Positions 35,957 through 48,432 of a DNA stretch of 64,000 nt are shown here, in pieces. The DNA is taken from the NCBI GenBank assembly GCA_977017645.1, contig OZ360220.1, positions 134,850,001-134,914,000 on the forward strand, in the 5' to 3' direction. The stretch is from Torpedo marmorata (taxonomy: Eukaryota). Position numbers and translations under genes: made by a program. The stretch's first letter is position 1; each line of letters starts with the position of its first letter. Under the pieces are notes generated by a model. The model saw nothing but the letters and a program-made list of their open reading frames with translations, had not been told where the DNA came from and ran no database searches.

Positions 35957-36200
35957 AATTTAAATTTAGATTTTAAAAATTTAGACATGCAGCACGGTAA
36001 CAGGCCATTTCGGCCCACGAGTCCGTGCTGCCCAATTTACACCCAATTAACCTACAACCCCCGATACATTTCGAACGGTGGGAGGAAACCAGAGCCCCCG
36101 GGGAAAACCTACGCAGACACGGGGAGAACGTACAAACTCCTTACAGACAGCGCGGGATTGGAACCCCGGTCCCGATCGCTGGCGCTATAAAGGCATTGTG
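35957..36200 (-). mobile_element. V-SINE (HE1-like, tRNA-derived)
   Basis: Reverse complement of the V-domain GGAGTTTGTACGTTCTCCCCGTGTCTGCGT...GGTTTCCTCCCAC; CR1-like tail with (TCTAAATT)n. Confidence 0.85.
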
Positions 36201-36884
36201 TCTTCTGCTACAAGATGTGACAAAGATCATTCTTCACTTCTTACAAGTGCAACTCTTTCTGAATTTATCACTGTTCTGGATATTGGCTTAAAGAACGAAG
36301 CTGCATCATTTTCCATAGTGCCATGCACCATTTTTGGAAGCTGTTTTGAATTTGGAACTGTTGAGTAACAAAGTCTGCATGATAGACCATTTTAGTTTCT
36401 AATTAACAATTTCAATGATTTACACCATCAAACTATCTCCTGAGGGTTTAGAGACAAATAGATTATGAGGACATAACTATGACATGTACCTTGAATGAAA
36501 TCAAGTGCAGCATGATTATCAAGTGTTTTGGAAGGCACAAAGATAGAACTGAAACTAAAAGCCATTCCTGTATAAATCCTGATGTATGACGCAATGTAAA
36601 CCTTGTCTTGTAAACTGTACATTTACGTTATCATGCTCATCGTAACAAATCCCAGAAAGGAACATTAGACCACCGTTATGAATAATGGTTTAATCAGAAC
36701 GCATGCCTAGTGAAGAAGTTATCTATAAGCAGAATACACATGCCCAGCTTGTGATTAAGGAAGACTGTTGCTTGCAATGGAGGCTCCTCAGTACTTTGCC
36801 TACCAGGATTATGATCCAAACTAAAAATTCAAATAATTTCTTGTTTTGACAGGTAAAGTCACAACTGCAATTAACCTGCAGAAT

Positions 36885-37131
36885 GGGTGGCACGATTAGC
36901 GTTGCGGTTAGCGCAACGCTGTTACAGCGCCAGCAACCGGGACCGGGATTTGAATCCTGCACTTAGTCTGTAAGGAGTTTGTACGTTCTCCCCATGTCTG
37001 CGTGGGTTTCCACGGGTGCTCCGGTTTCCTCCCACCCTTTAAATATGTACCGGGGGTGTAGGTCAATTTGAGCAGCATGGGCTCGTGGGCCGAAAGGGCC
37101 TGTTACCATGCTGTAAGTCTAAATTTAATTT
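36885..37131 (+). mobile_element. V-SINE (HE1-like, tRNA-derived)
   Basis: tRNA-like head (TAGCG..GCGG A box, GATTTGAATCC B box), V-domain, CR1-like tail. Confidence 0.85.
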
Positions 37132-38766
37132 CATTGCTAAAACGAGCTCTACATATAGAGGCTACATTATTGCTCATAACAATTAGGCCTTCAATATTAC
37201 AAGGAATGACTTGGCTCTTCAGCAACTGAGTCAGTTTCTAATTAGCCCAATTCGGCATATGTAATTTAGATGTAATTACTGTGACTAATTAACAAGTTAC
37301 CACTAATAGCAGAACAATTATACAAGCCACAAGATTTAAGATGTGAGTTACTAATTTAAACGCATGAAAAGGTGATCATGCAGATAAGTCTCTCCAATGC
37401 TTACATTCTTCAACGCAACTATGAATTTAAAGTACAGGAAATGAGGAAAGAGCGCAGAATCAAGCAACCATCTAGGTCAATCGATGGCAATGGAGAGGGA
37501 ACGACAAAATAATTCTTAGGGAAAAATTCTATTTTGAATTTTTTTTAATTCCTGGGGAAATCTCTGACAACTCAGTATCCTACAAAAGTACTGTTGTTGG
37601 GTTGAAGTGCTGTCTTTTGAATAAAGTGTTAAAACATAAATGTTTTAGCTGGTTGGGACAGGTTCCTTGAAACTATTTGAAATAAAATGGAGAGTTATAC
37701 ATCCTGGTGTTTTGGCCAACTTCCATCACAGTATCTGCACCTAAAGCACAAAGTCTGGTCAAAGTGGCTACCTGCAATTCCAAGAGTACACAGAAACTAC
37801 ATTTCAAGTAATTCTTCACTGCTTGCAAAGTGCTTAAAGGAATTATATTAAACACTGATTGTTTTTTTTAATGGAGTGCTGATAGAACACAAAATGGAAT
37901 ATCCTGACCAGGCTATAGTGCCAATAGCGGATCAGCCATTCCAAAATATCAGTACAAGAGCTAGAGACAGAGACAGAGAGGGAATAAAAAAGGAGAGATC
38001 GACCCAAATTTTCACTCCTTCATTTGTAATTTAGTAATACAGCATGGTAACAGGCCATTCTGGCCCACCAGTCTGTGGCGTCCAAATACCCCCATAATAA
38101 AATAAAAATCAGAAGTTTCAGTTCCAAACTGAATGCAATAACTAGCAAAAAAATCGATAATTATTTATTAATCTCCCTGTCAGAGTACATTGAAACAAAG
38201 ACATTCAAAATTAGCCTTCCAGATATTTTGAACATGCATGCCATATTGGGTCACGATTATTTATGAGGGTCATCTCATTTCAAGTTCAGATGCTCTTCTC
38301 TGTCTTAGAAATGATCAGATTATTCTATCTGTAAAATTCAGCTCTCAGGTGCAACACACATTAAGTGTTTCAAGTTTTCCCCTGCGTTAATCTAAGGTTG
38401 ACCTCAATGAACCACAGAAATTGAAAAAAGATAAACTAATGATCAACTCCACCCACCAGTCGAAGGGTCAGCAGTCAAAGGACATATTTAAGGCAATTGA
38501 TAAATAAAACTGAGATGAGATGACCAGAACTTTCCGAAAATGCATTATGTTACAGCAATCTGACTGAAATGATGTCTGAAAACATGGTTAAATAAGTATA
38601 TTTTAAAAGGCAATTGGTTAAGTACTTCAAGGGAAATGTTAAAGGACTAGGGGACGTACAACTAGGGGGTAGGATGAAAACAGACAAATCTTTCAAAGGA
38701 TCAGCAGAAGCACAATGGGCCATTTGGTAATCGCAAAACTCTGATGGGGGTCTGAAGTTTTCTTAC

Positions 38767-38875
38767 CTCTCTGGAGATTTCTAGGTGCCTTGATGCAAAA
38801 TGTAGTCCTTGTACATGGTTCCCAAGTGATACATAAGCATTTCCCAGGCTCCAACAGGCTCTCCCTTCTCCAACT
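38767..38875 (-). CDS. GPSM1: GPSM1/AGS3 coding exon (last TPR), 109 bp, phase 2 to 0
   Basis: ttggacag|AGTTGGA...AGAGAG|gtaaga gives VGEGRACWSLGNAYVSLGNHVQGLHFASRHLEISRE (visible within ORF 38701..38883). Confidence 0.92.
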
Positions 38876-39595
38876 CTGTCCAAAAGTCAAAAAGAACATC
38901 TGATAGCCCATTATCTTGTGCCCCATTTTACAACCCAATATGAAGTTAGACTATTTCTCTCATCAGTTCACCAGTCCCATAGAAAACATTTCCGTTTACT
39001 CGCTGTTTTTCTATGCCACAGTGAAGTACAGTATTAAATTACTATAGAACCCCTTTCTGAGCATAACCAGCGATTGCAATGCTTTTCAAAATTAGAATAA
39101 TGACTGGTCCCGATCCTTTTCTTCGTGAAGAAAATTCCACCAGCTGTCAACACAGGAAGGTTAATATGAACACAAGGCCATGTTTTTAACTGCTCCCTGA
39201 TGTGCCTTTTTCACATCTCATTCAAATGAAATGGTGAGTAGTTAAATGTCTGGCCCACAATGTAACCTAAATATGATAAAATAAAATACATAGATACATC
39301 AAATGCTGCAGAGGATATAGTATGAGGGGCTCGGGCAATGTCAAGCCAAGGAAGACTGTTTGTTCAGAACTTTGTTTGCTATGGCAGACTATGTATCCAA
39401 CAGTTTTGCTTGATCGACTTTATGAGGATGTTGGAGGGGTGCAATGAGAAAAATCTGTGATAGTCGTATAGCATAGAACAGGTCCTTCAGCCCAACTCAG
39501 CAATGCTGGCTAAATTGGCATTCTGGGCTTAGTTCCATTTGCCCACATTTGGTCCATATTCTTCTGAAACCTTCCTATCCATATATCCATCCACA

Positions 39596-42500
39596 TGTGG
39601 ATTGTGGAGAAACACTGCCTGTCTGGAATATTGTGGATTGTGGGTGGTCCCGTGTCCTCCCTGTCTGAAAATTATTCGGAAGTCACATCACCTGTCAATC
39701 AAAGTTGGACTCCGGCCAACGATTAGTGCACACCTTGCCATTGGCTAATTTAAATCACCTGGGGTCATTATTGGCTAGAAGCACAGATTAGCACTGTATA
39801 AAACATCGAAGCAAAGCACATTCTTTCTCTCTGCCTCATGGTCCAAGCCCCGGACTCGCTCCATGCCAGGTCGCTACTGTGGGCATCGCTGGAAGTGTCA
39901 CAGGTAAGGTGTGCACTACACTGAAGGTACAGGGAACCGTGTGTGTGTGTGTGAAGGTCCCTGTCTGTAGAGTATGTACTCAAGTGTGTGAGCGTGTAGA
40001 GTATAGGTGGCCACTGGTTTCAGAGTCCAACCGAGGTCCGATGTGAATGTCTATATAGTTGTTTAAGTAATATAGCAATCGAGTACCGTTTGACATTCTC
40101 CCCTGTTTGTCTCCTGTGTGTTAATTAAAGTTACGTGTGATTGTAACACTTGTGTCCAGACTCGTCTCTCTGTGAACCCACTGAACCTGATACTTCCCAA
40201 ATGCAACAATTGGAGCTGTGAACAGCGTTCAAAGAGTTTCGGCTGGACACACGTGGAGTGCTAACCATGTGGGAGATCATACTAACAAGTGTGGGTGTCC
40301 TGTCGGGTGCATGTGTAATTGTGTACCTGCTCACCAACGGGGGCAGCAGGAGGTGAACCACAGATAGGAAAGGAACCCTGATGTTTGAATATAAAATCCC
40401 TGGATGGACCAACAACCGTCAAGGGTTCAGCCGTTTGGCAGCATGCCTATCGACTGGATCGAGAGGCTAGACCCCCACGAAGCGAAGATAGGGCACCACG
40501 TGGTCTCTCTCCTGGAGGAACCGGAGTTTCCCGAGGTCAGGGGAGTTATGGGGGAGCCCTATGGTTACTAACATCCCTACTTAGGCGCCAGTGGGGTATC
40601 ACATCCGATTTAAGTAATCAGGGCGCCCAGAAAGATAGGGATGATAGAATCCCTGCAGCATCACTGTTGTGCACTACAGGAGGCAGTGCAGACTGCCCAA
40701 GTGTGAGTGACCAACCCAGAAATTAAAGTCATGGCGGCAGCTTCCAGGCTGAGAGTAATTTTAGAATTGTTAATTTAGTTTAAAAAGGGCGCTTTTTCGG
40801 GCCTCGGTCTGTTCAGTTGCATTGGAGTGGGAGGAGTGACTGGTGCTTGGTGAGTAATTTTGGAATTGTTAATTTAGTTTAAATAGGGCGTGGAGGGCAA
40901 AGGGCTAGGTTAAGTGGTGATCAGTAGTAGTAAGAAATTGGGTATTTGAGTAAATTAGCAGCGAGCTATAACAGGGAGGGAAGTTGAGGGAGCAGCCAGT
41001 GAGTGAGTGGCACAGGGAAGGAGTGGAGCTCTGAGGCTTTGGCTCGAGAGGCTTCGGAGAGAAGAAGCTGAGGAAGTGCTACCGGTAAGGTTGGTAAGTT
41101 TATTCCTATTTAATCTAGTTGTAGTTAAGAGGGGGTTATGGCGGCAGTTGGGGCAGTCATGTGTTCCGAATGCAGGATGTGGGAGGTCAGGGACAGCACA
41201 AATGTTCCTGATGACCAGACCTGCAAAAGGTGCATCCAGATGCAACTCCTGAGAGACCAAGTTAGGGACCAGGAGTTGCAGCTGGATGAACTTCGGATCA
41301 TGAGGGAGGCAGAGGTAGTCATAGAAAGGAGTTTCAGGGAGACAGTCACCCAAATAGACAGGAGTCAGCTAACTGGGTGACTGTGAGGAAAGGGAAGGGG
41401 GGGTGGGTAGACAGACAGTGCAGGGAACTCCTGTGGCCGTTCCCCTCAATAATAAGTATACTGCTTTAGATACTGTTGGGGGGGACGACCTACCAGGGAC
41501 AAGTCGTGGGGGTCAGGTCTCTGGCACGGGGGATGGCCCCTCGGCTCAGAAGGGAAGGGGGGGAAAAGAGGAGAGCTTTTGTAATTGGGGACTCGCTGGT
41601 TAGAGGAACAGATAGGAGGTTTGCTGGACGAGATCGGAGCTCCCGGTTGGTATGTTGCCTTCCAGGTGCCAGGGTCAGGGATGTCTCTGATTGAGTACAC
41701 AGCATTCTGGATGGGGAGGGCGAGCAGCCAGGTGTCGTGGTCCACGTGGGGACCAATGACATAGAAAGAAGTGGGGATGAGGTCCTGAAGAAAGAATATA
41801 AGGAGTTAGGAAGGAAGAAAAAAGCAGGACCTCGAGGGTGGTAATCTCAGGATTGCTGCCTGTGCCACGCGCTAGAGAGGGTAGGAATAGGAAGATGTGG
41901 AGGATGAATGCGTGGCTAAAGAGTTGGTGCTGGGGGCAGGGGTTCACATTTGTGGATCATTGGGATCTCTTCTGGGGAAGGTCTGACCTGTACAAAAGGG
42001 ACGGGCTGCACTTGAACTGGAGGAGGATCAATATCCTGGCAGGCAGGTTTGCTAGAGCTGTTGGGGAGGGTTTAAACTAGTTTGGCAGGGGGGTGGGAAT
42101 CAGAATGAGAATGCAGAGAGTAGGGTAGAAGAACACCTAGATTTGCAGGAAGAGAGGAACCAGAATGTTAAAGTTAATGAAGGAGAGGGTAATCAAAGGA
42201 GTGTATGTGGGGGACTTTCTCTCAAGTGTATATATTTCAATGCAAGGAGCTATGTAAGAAAGGTGGATGAGCTTAGAGTATGGATTGATACATGGAAATA
42301 TGATATTGTAGCCATCAGTGAAACTTGGTTGCAGGAGGGGCATGATTGGCAGCTAAATATTCCTGGATTCTGTTGTTTTAGGCGTGATAGAACAGGGGGG
42401 ATAAAAGGTGGAGGAGTGGCATTGCTTGTTAGAGAAAGCATTACAGCGGTGCTATAGCAGGATAGATTGGAGTGCTCGTCCAGTGAGGCTATTTGGGTGG

Positions 42501-45500
42501 AATTGAGGAATGGGAAAGGCATGAAAACACTAATGGGAGTGTATTATAGACCACCGAATGGGCAGAGGGAATTAGAGGAGCAAATTTGTAAGGAGATAGA
42601 ATATATGTGTAATAAACATAAGGTGGTGATTATAGGTGATTTTAACTTTCCACACATTGACTGGGACGCCTATACAGTAATAGGGCTGGATGGGTTGGAG
42701 TTTGTCAAATGTGTTCAGGAAAGTTTTCTAAATCAATACATAGAAGAACCAACTAGAGAGGGGGCAGTATTGGATCTCCCATTTGGGAACGAGATAGGTC
42801 AGGTGCCAGAGGTTTGTGTTGGGGAACACTTTGGGTCTAGTGATCATAATACCATTAGTTTTAGGTTGATAATGGAGAAGGATAGGGCTGGGCCTAAGGT
42901 TGAGATTCTTGATTGGAATAAGGCAAATTTCGAGGAGATGAGGAAGGATTTAGAGGATGTGGATTGGGGTAATTTATTTTTAGGGAAGGATGTCACAGAT
43001 AAATGGAGGATATTCAAAGGGGAAATTTTGAGAGTACAGAGTCGGTTCGTCTTTGTGAGGATTAAAGGAAGAGTTAGAAAATATAGGGAGCCTTGGTTTT
43101 CAAAGGATATTGGGAATTTGGTTCGGAGGAAGAGGGATGTGTACAACAGGTATAGACAGCAGTGAATAGATGAGGTCCTTGAAGAATATAAGGAGTGTAA
43201 AAAAAATCTTAAGAAAGAAATTAGAAAGGCTAAAAGGAGATATGAGGCTGCTTTGGCTGGCAAGGTAAAAATAAATCCAAAGGGTTTCTACAGGTACATT
43301 AAAAGCAAAAGAATAGTGAGGGATAAAATTGGGCCCATTGAGGATCAGGCTATGTGAAATGTCAGAGGAGATGGGGGAGATTTTAAATGAATTTTTTCTT
43401 CAGTATTTACAAAGGAAAGGAATATTGAGCCAGGTGAAGTAAGGAAATCTGGCAGTGAGGTCATGGATAATATAAAGATTAATGAGGAGGTATATTGGCT
43501 ATTTTAAAGAGTATAAAGGTGGATAAATCTCCAGGTCCTGACAGGATATTCTCGAGGACCCTGTGGGAGGTTAGTGTACAAATAGTGGGGGCTCTGACAG
43601 AAATATTTAAAATGTCACTGGTCACGGGGGAGGTGCCGGAGGATTGGAGGGTAGTTCATGTTGTCCCGCTGTTTAAGAAGGGCTCCAAAAGTAAACCTGG
43701 AAATTATAGGCCTGAGAGTCTGACATCACTGGTGGGTAAATTAATGGAGAGTGTTCTTAGAGATGGTGTATACAGTTATTTGGAAAGACAAGCATTGATT
43801 AGGAGTAGTCAACACGGTTTTGTTCATGGTAGATCATGTTTTTCAAATCTCAGTTTTTCGATGAGGTTACCAAGAAGGGTGACGAGGGGAAGGCTGTGGA
43901 TGTTGTCTATATAGAATTTAGTAAGGCATTTGACAAGGTTCCGCATAAGAGGCTAGTTAGGAAGGTTCAAGCATTAGGTATTAACGACGAAGTAGTGAAA
44001 TGGATTCAACAATGGTTGGATAGGAGATGCCAGAGAGTAGTGGTGGAAAATTGTTTGTCAAATTGGAGGCCGGTGACTAGTGGAGTGCTGTTTGTCATAT
44101 ATATTAATGATCAAGATGATAGCGTGGTAAATTGGATTAGTAAGTATGCACATGATACGAAGATTGGTGGTGTTGTGGACAGTGAAGAGGGATATCAAAG
44201 CTAGCAGGGGGATATAGGACAGTTAGAAGAGTGGGCGGAAACATGGCAGATGGAGTTTAATACTAATAAATGTGAGGTGCTACATTTTGGTAGGATTAAT
44301 CAGCAAAGGTCATACATGTTAAATGGAAGACAATTGAGAAGTGCAGTAGAACAGAGGGATTTAGAAATTCTGGTACATAATTCCCTGAAAGTTGAGCCAC
44401 ACGTAGATAGGGTGGTGAAGAAAGCATTTGGTATGTTGGCCTTCATTAATCAGAGTATTGAATATATGAGTTGGGATGTCATGTTGAAGTTGTATAAGGC
44501 ATTGGTGAGGCCAAATTTGGAATATTGTGCGCAGTTTTGGTCGCCGAATTATAGGAAGGATATAAACAGAATAGAGAGAGTGCAGAGGAGATTTACAAGA
44601 ATGTTGCCTGGGTTTCTGGGTTTGTTACAGGGAAAGGTTGAGCAGACTGGGACTTTATTCCCTGGAGCGTAGAAGGTTGAGGGGTGATTTAATTGAGGTA
44701 TTTAAAATTATGAAGGGGACAGATAGACTCAATGTGTACAGGCTTTTTCCCTTTGAGAGTGGGGAAGATTCAAACAAGAGGGCATGGATTGAGATTGAAG
44801 GGGGAAAAGTTTAGAGGAAACATGAGGGGGAATTTCTTCACTCAGAGGGTGGAACGAGCTTCCAGCCGAAGTGGTAGATGCAGGTTCAATTTTAATGTTT
44901 AAGGAAAAGTTGGATAGGTATGTGGACGAGAGAGGTGTGGAGGGTTATGGGCCGGGTGCGGGTCAGTGGGACTAGGTGGGAGAATGTGTTCGGCATGGAC
45001 TAGAAGGGCCGAACTGGCCTGTTTCTGTGCTGTAAGTGTTATATGGTTATATGATTGAAACACAGCAGCTGCAAGCAGCTCGCTGGTCTGGCTCACAGCT
45101 TGACCCAGGAATATTCCGAGCCATTGTCCAGCGGGGAGGAGGGGATCGACATGTGGTTGGGGGATGGGTATGTGTGTGGATGGATGGTGATGACCATGAG
45201 GAAACTGAGTCCTACGACACACATCCTCCTCCCTGCAAGCCTGAGCCTTTGCAAGTCCAACCAGTGACCACGCGGTCCCAGACCTGCCACGAGGGCACCC
45301 CGTGGACCCTCCAAAACGAGGAGGTAGCCGAAGATGGGGGGATCTCGGGTGGGCACGCATGCAGTCACTGTGAAATTAGAGTCCCGGGACTACTCCACCA
45401 AGGAGCTAACCGGGTGAGGGGACCGATACCACCAGCGGCCAGGCGAACACTTAGCCATGCCACTGCTTCAGTTGGGAGACAAGGGGGCTCCCAATTCCAT

Positions 45501-46476
45501 TCTCTCTCATCGGGAAGCGAGCGCCTGGGCGGTCTGTCTGACCAAGACGACTGGCAATGCCTTGTGGGTGCCGCCAGAAGGGGTCGATGATGGCACCACC
45601 TATGGGAACGGATGGTGACTGTGGTCCAGGCCAGGTTCCCTGCCCTCTTAGAATGGGGCCTACACGGCCGGCCGCAGTGGCACACCATTGTCATGGGGAC
45701 ATGGATTGTTAGGGAGTGAGCACTGATCGTAGGTATCTACAGTGGTCGCCCGCGAGCACCACTTCCCAGGGAGCATGAAGGCGACTGGTGCCTTGGCGGG
45801 CTATTTAGTCACCACTGCACGCCCCGACCTTGGAGGGGTAGTCTTGCCCCTCATGAGACTGGCAACCGGGAAAACAGTCCGGGAAGCCATTACCCTCCTG
45901 GAGGGATCGGAGGACACGGAACAGGGAGCACCTGCTCAAGCTTGCAGGGCTGAGGGGAAGTTCGGTGACATCACCCTGCCGGTGACTCACAGAGACAGGT
46001 ATCACCTGGGGTCATTATTGGCTACGTGCCCAGATCAGAACTGTATAAAACATCGATGCATAGCACATTCTTTTTTTCAGCCTCGTGGTCCAAGTCCCGG
46101 ATATTGCTCCGTGCCAGGTCGCTACTGTGGACATCGCTGGAAGTGTCGCGGGTAAGATGTGCACTACACTGAAGATGAGCCGTAGTACTGTGATAGATCA
46201 GTCCTTGCAGAGAACCGCACCCCTGTTGGTACAGGGAACCGGGTGTGTGTGCGAAAGTCCCTGTCTGTACTCAAGTGTGTGAGCGTGTAGAGTATAGGTG
46301 GCTACAGGTATCGGAGTCCAACCTAGGTCCGATGTTTAAGTAATATAGTAATCGAGTACCATTTGACAATCTCCCGTTTGTCTCCTGTGCGTTAATTGAA
46401 GTTGTGTGATTGTAACACTTATGTCCAGACTCGTCTCTCTGTGAACCCACCGAACCTGATACTTCCCAACACGACA
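39596..46476 (+). mobile_element. Deleted Gypsy-like LTR element hosting a CR1 insertion
   Basis: LTR about 39596-40208; partial 3' LTR 46001-46476 (matches 39753-40208); PBS-like TGGAGCTGTGAACAG at 40211 (tRNA-Ser-like); no pol remains; TSD not found. Confidence 0.75.
40751..45052 (+). mobile_element. Near full-length CR1 LINE (ORF1 zinc finger/leucine zipper + SGNH esterase; ORF2 APE + RT), with stops and frameshifts
   Basis: CSECRMW...CKRC, VIGDSLVRG, VHVGTND, DGLHLN; YFNARS, ISETWL, IGDFNFP, SDHN; DKSPGPD, AFDKVPH; tail (GTTATATG)2; duplicated segment in the 5' UTR at 40753 and 40852. Confidence 0.92.
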
Positions 46477-46488
46477 GTCAGTAAGGAT

Positions 46489-46582
46489 CAACTAAATCAT
46501 CTTCATAGATCACTAACTGTTCTTTCTAATGCAACTAAATCATCTTCATAGATCACTAACTGTTCTTTCTAATGCAACTAAA
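46489..46582. repeat. Perfect 43-bp tandem duplication
   Basis: caactaaatcatcttcatagatcactaactgttctttctaatg twice, plus a partial third copy. Confidence 0.95.
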
Positions 46583-46719
46583 ATCACAAAAGGCGCATCC
46601 AAGAATATGGCAAAATTCTTGATGTAAAGACCGACTTGTTTTCGCATCGTTACTGAATCACATGGAAAATGACCACCTTCCCCAATTGCTCTGAAAAAGA
46701 TTACTGATAAATAATAATT

Positions 46720-47535
46720 TCAAGAGATTCAAGAATCAATTTATTGTCATCGTAATAAGACAGTGTCATATTCCATGAAATTTCTTTTTGCCTGCTGCAA
46801 GGCAGACAGATTCGCCACCGGCAGAAATTACCTAAGCGCCTCTTACATTCCTTAGTCAGAGAAAGAGAAGCAAAAGAGAGTCCCCCCAGAGTTACCGTGT
46901 GTCCGTAGATTCGCCTCCAGCGCTTCCGCAGCCACACAGAGTCCAGTCCAAACCATGGCAACCCGAGCTCCAGATCCGAACCTCAGACACGGTCAGGGAG
47001 CCCTCAGCACCCCCTCGCATCCCGGTTCCGATACCTGGTACTCCTCCAGCCAGTTCGAGCCAGCCTCCAGCAGTCCGCAGCTCGGCGTGAGTCCCCCGAC
47101 AGCCGTCTCCAGCAGCCCACAGCCTCCGCGGGTTCCTCGCCTCGAGTCGCCAGCAGCCCGCCGCATGCACTGGTCCTTCAGCTTCAGAGCCCCTCACTGG
47201 TCCGTCACCGTCCCGTGGGTCATCTCCTCCACATCTCCTTATCAGACGGGGAGGTGATCTTCCCGTCCTCTGGTGCCCTGCTCCAGTCCTCTGCTTCCCC
47301 GGAGTCTGCAGCCCCTCGTGGCTACTGCTGGTTAAAAGGCGCTGCCATCTTGGGCACAGACCCCGTGGTCGCGGGATCGTAAAATAAAACCACCGTCGGC
47401 TCCCTCAACGGGCCGTTCAAAGCCCATGCGGAACCGATTGCAGTCGACTGGGCGGTTGGACCCCGCGGGATCTCTATCTCCGCTCCCCGCGGGTCCGCAC
47501 CAGCTGCAGCGCTGCCACAGAATCGTTGCCATCGT
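46720..47535 (-). mobile_element. GC-rich non-autonomous retroelement with LINE-like 3' end
   Basis: Related to 6308-7110; AATAAA plus (TTCTTGAA)-like tail on the minus strand. Confidence 0.6.
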
Positions 47536-47575
47536 TATTAATCATGGAGCTTTTCTGGCATCAAGCACGATGCTC

Positions 47576-47627
47576 TGTCTAGCCCAGCCATTCTCAATGG
47601 GGGCCGTGAGAATGGCTGGGCTAGACA
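47576..47627. repeat. Perfect 21-bp inverted repeat with a 10-nt loop (collapsed hAT MITE)
   Basis: tgtctagcccagccattctca-atgggggccg-tgagaatggctgggctagaca. Confidence 0.9.
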
Positions 47628-48432
47628 CAGACCACTGTGCTTGAAGCTGATGTTTCCAGACCCCTCAATGCAATATAGAGTGCAACCATATTCTCAGTGA
47701 AAGGATACTTATCAAAAACAATGTACAAAGACTCAAAAACATAATGAAAAAAGCTTCATGCCTTCCTCAACCTCAACTCCACTGAAGTAATTCACATTAA
47801 TAGATTGCACTCCTTGTCTGAACTATCATTTGCTTGAGATCATGACGATTTGCTTGCAGTTTGAATGCGATTGTAATGAACCAGATACATTGTTAAGAGG
47901 ATGAAACTACATAAACTCTAATCTGATTTTCTGTTAACATGGCAGAGTGCCACCTGAACCTAATTTATTGGATTCTTGGATTGGACCTTTTCAGATCTGT
48001 AAAGATGATAAGACTGACCAAAGAAGGAGAATGATTAAGAAATGGATGAAGTTACAAAGCAACTCTGAACAAGTAAACTTCAAGCCAGAAAACGAGATGC
48101 AAGAATAAAAAAAAAACACAATTGGGCTTATTTTGAGGTCAAATTTCTTAAACACTGCAGAAAGATGCAACAGAATTCTGCAATAAAAGGCACAAATTGA
48201 ATGCAGATGCTGCCCTTTTCCACTTAGTCGAGAGAGGATGATTTTCTTTCCCACTGGCAGCAAAGTCTGCTCTTTTCTGAAGCTAAGTGCATGGACAAGA
48301 TACACAACTTTTAAAATCTTTTTCCATTTGCCAGCTGATTCATTTGGGAAAATTTAACCTTGTATGTTTATTTATTAACAAACCAAGCCTAAGAACCCTC
48401 TACACTCCATATCAGTTGCAAAAACAGTTAGG

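Noticed and set aside
36885-36965. tRNA gene candidate (also 58047-58110)
   Set aside because: tRNA-derived SINE head followed by a V-domain or truncated; no complete cloverleaf.
46489-46582. 43-bp tandem duplication as a functional element or LTR target duplication
   Set aside because: Simple local duplication starting 12 bp beyond the LTR end, with no counterpart at the other side of the element.
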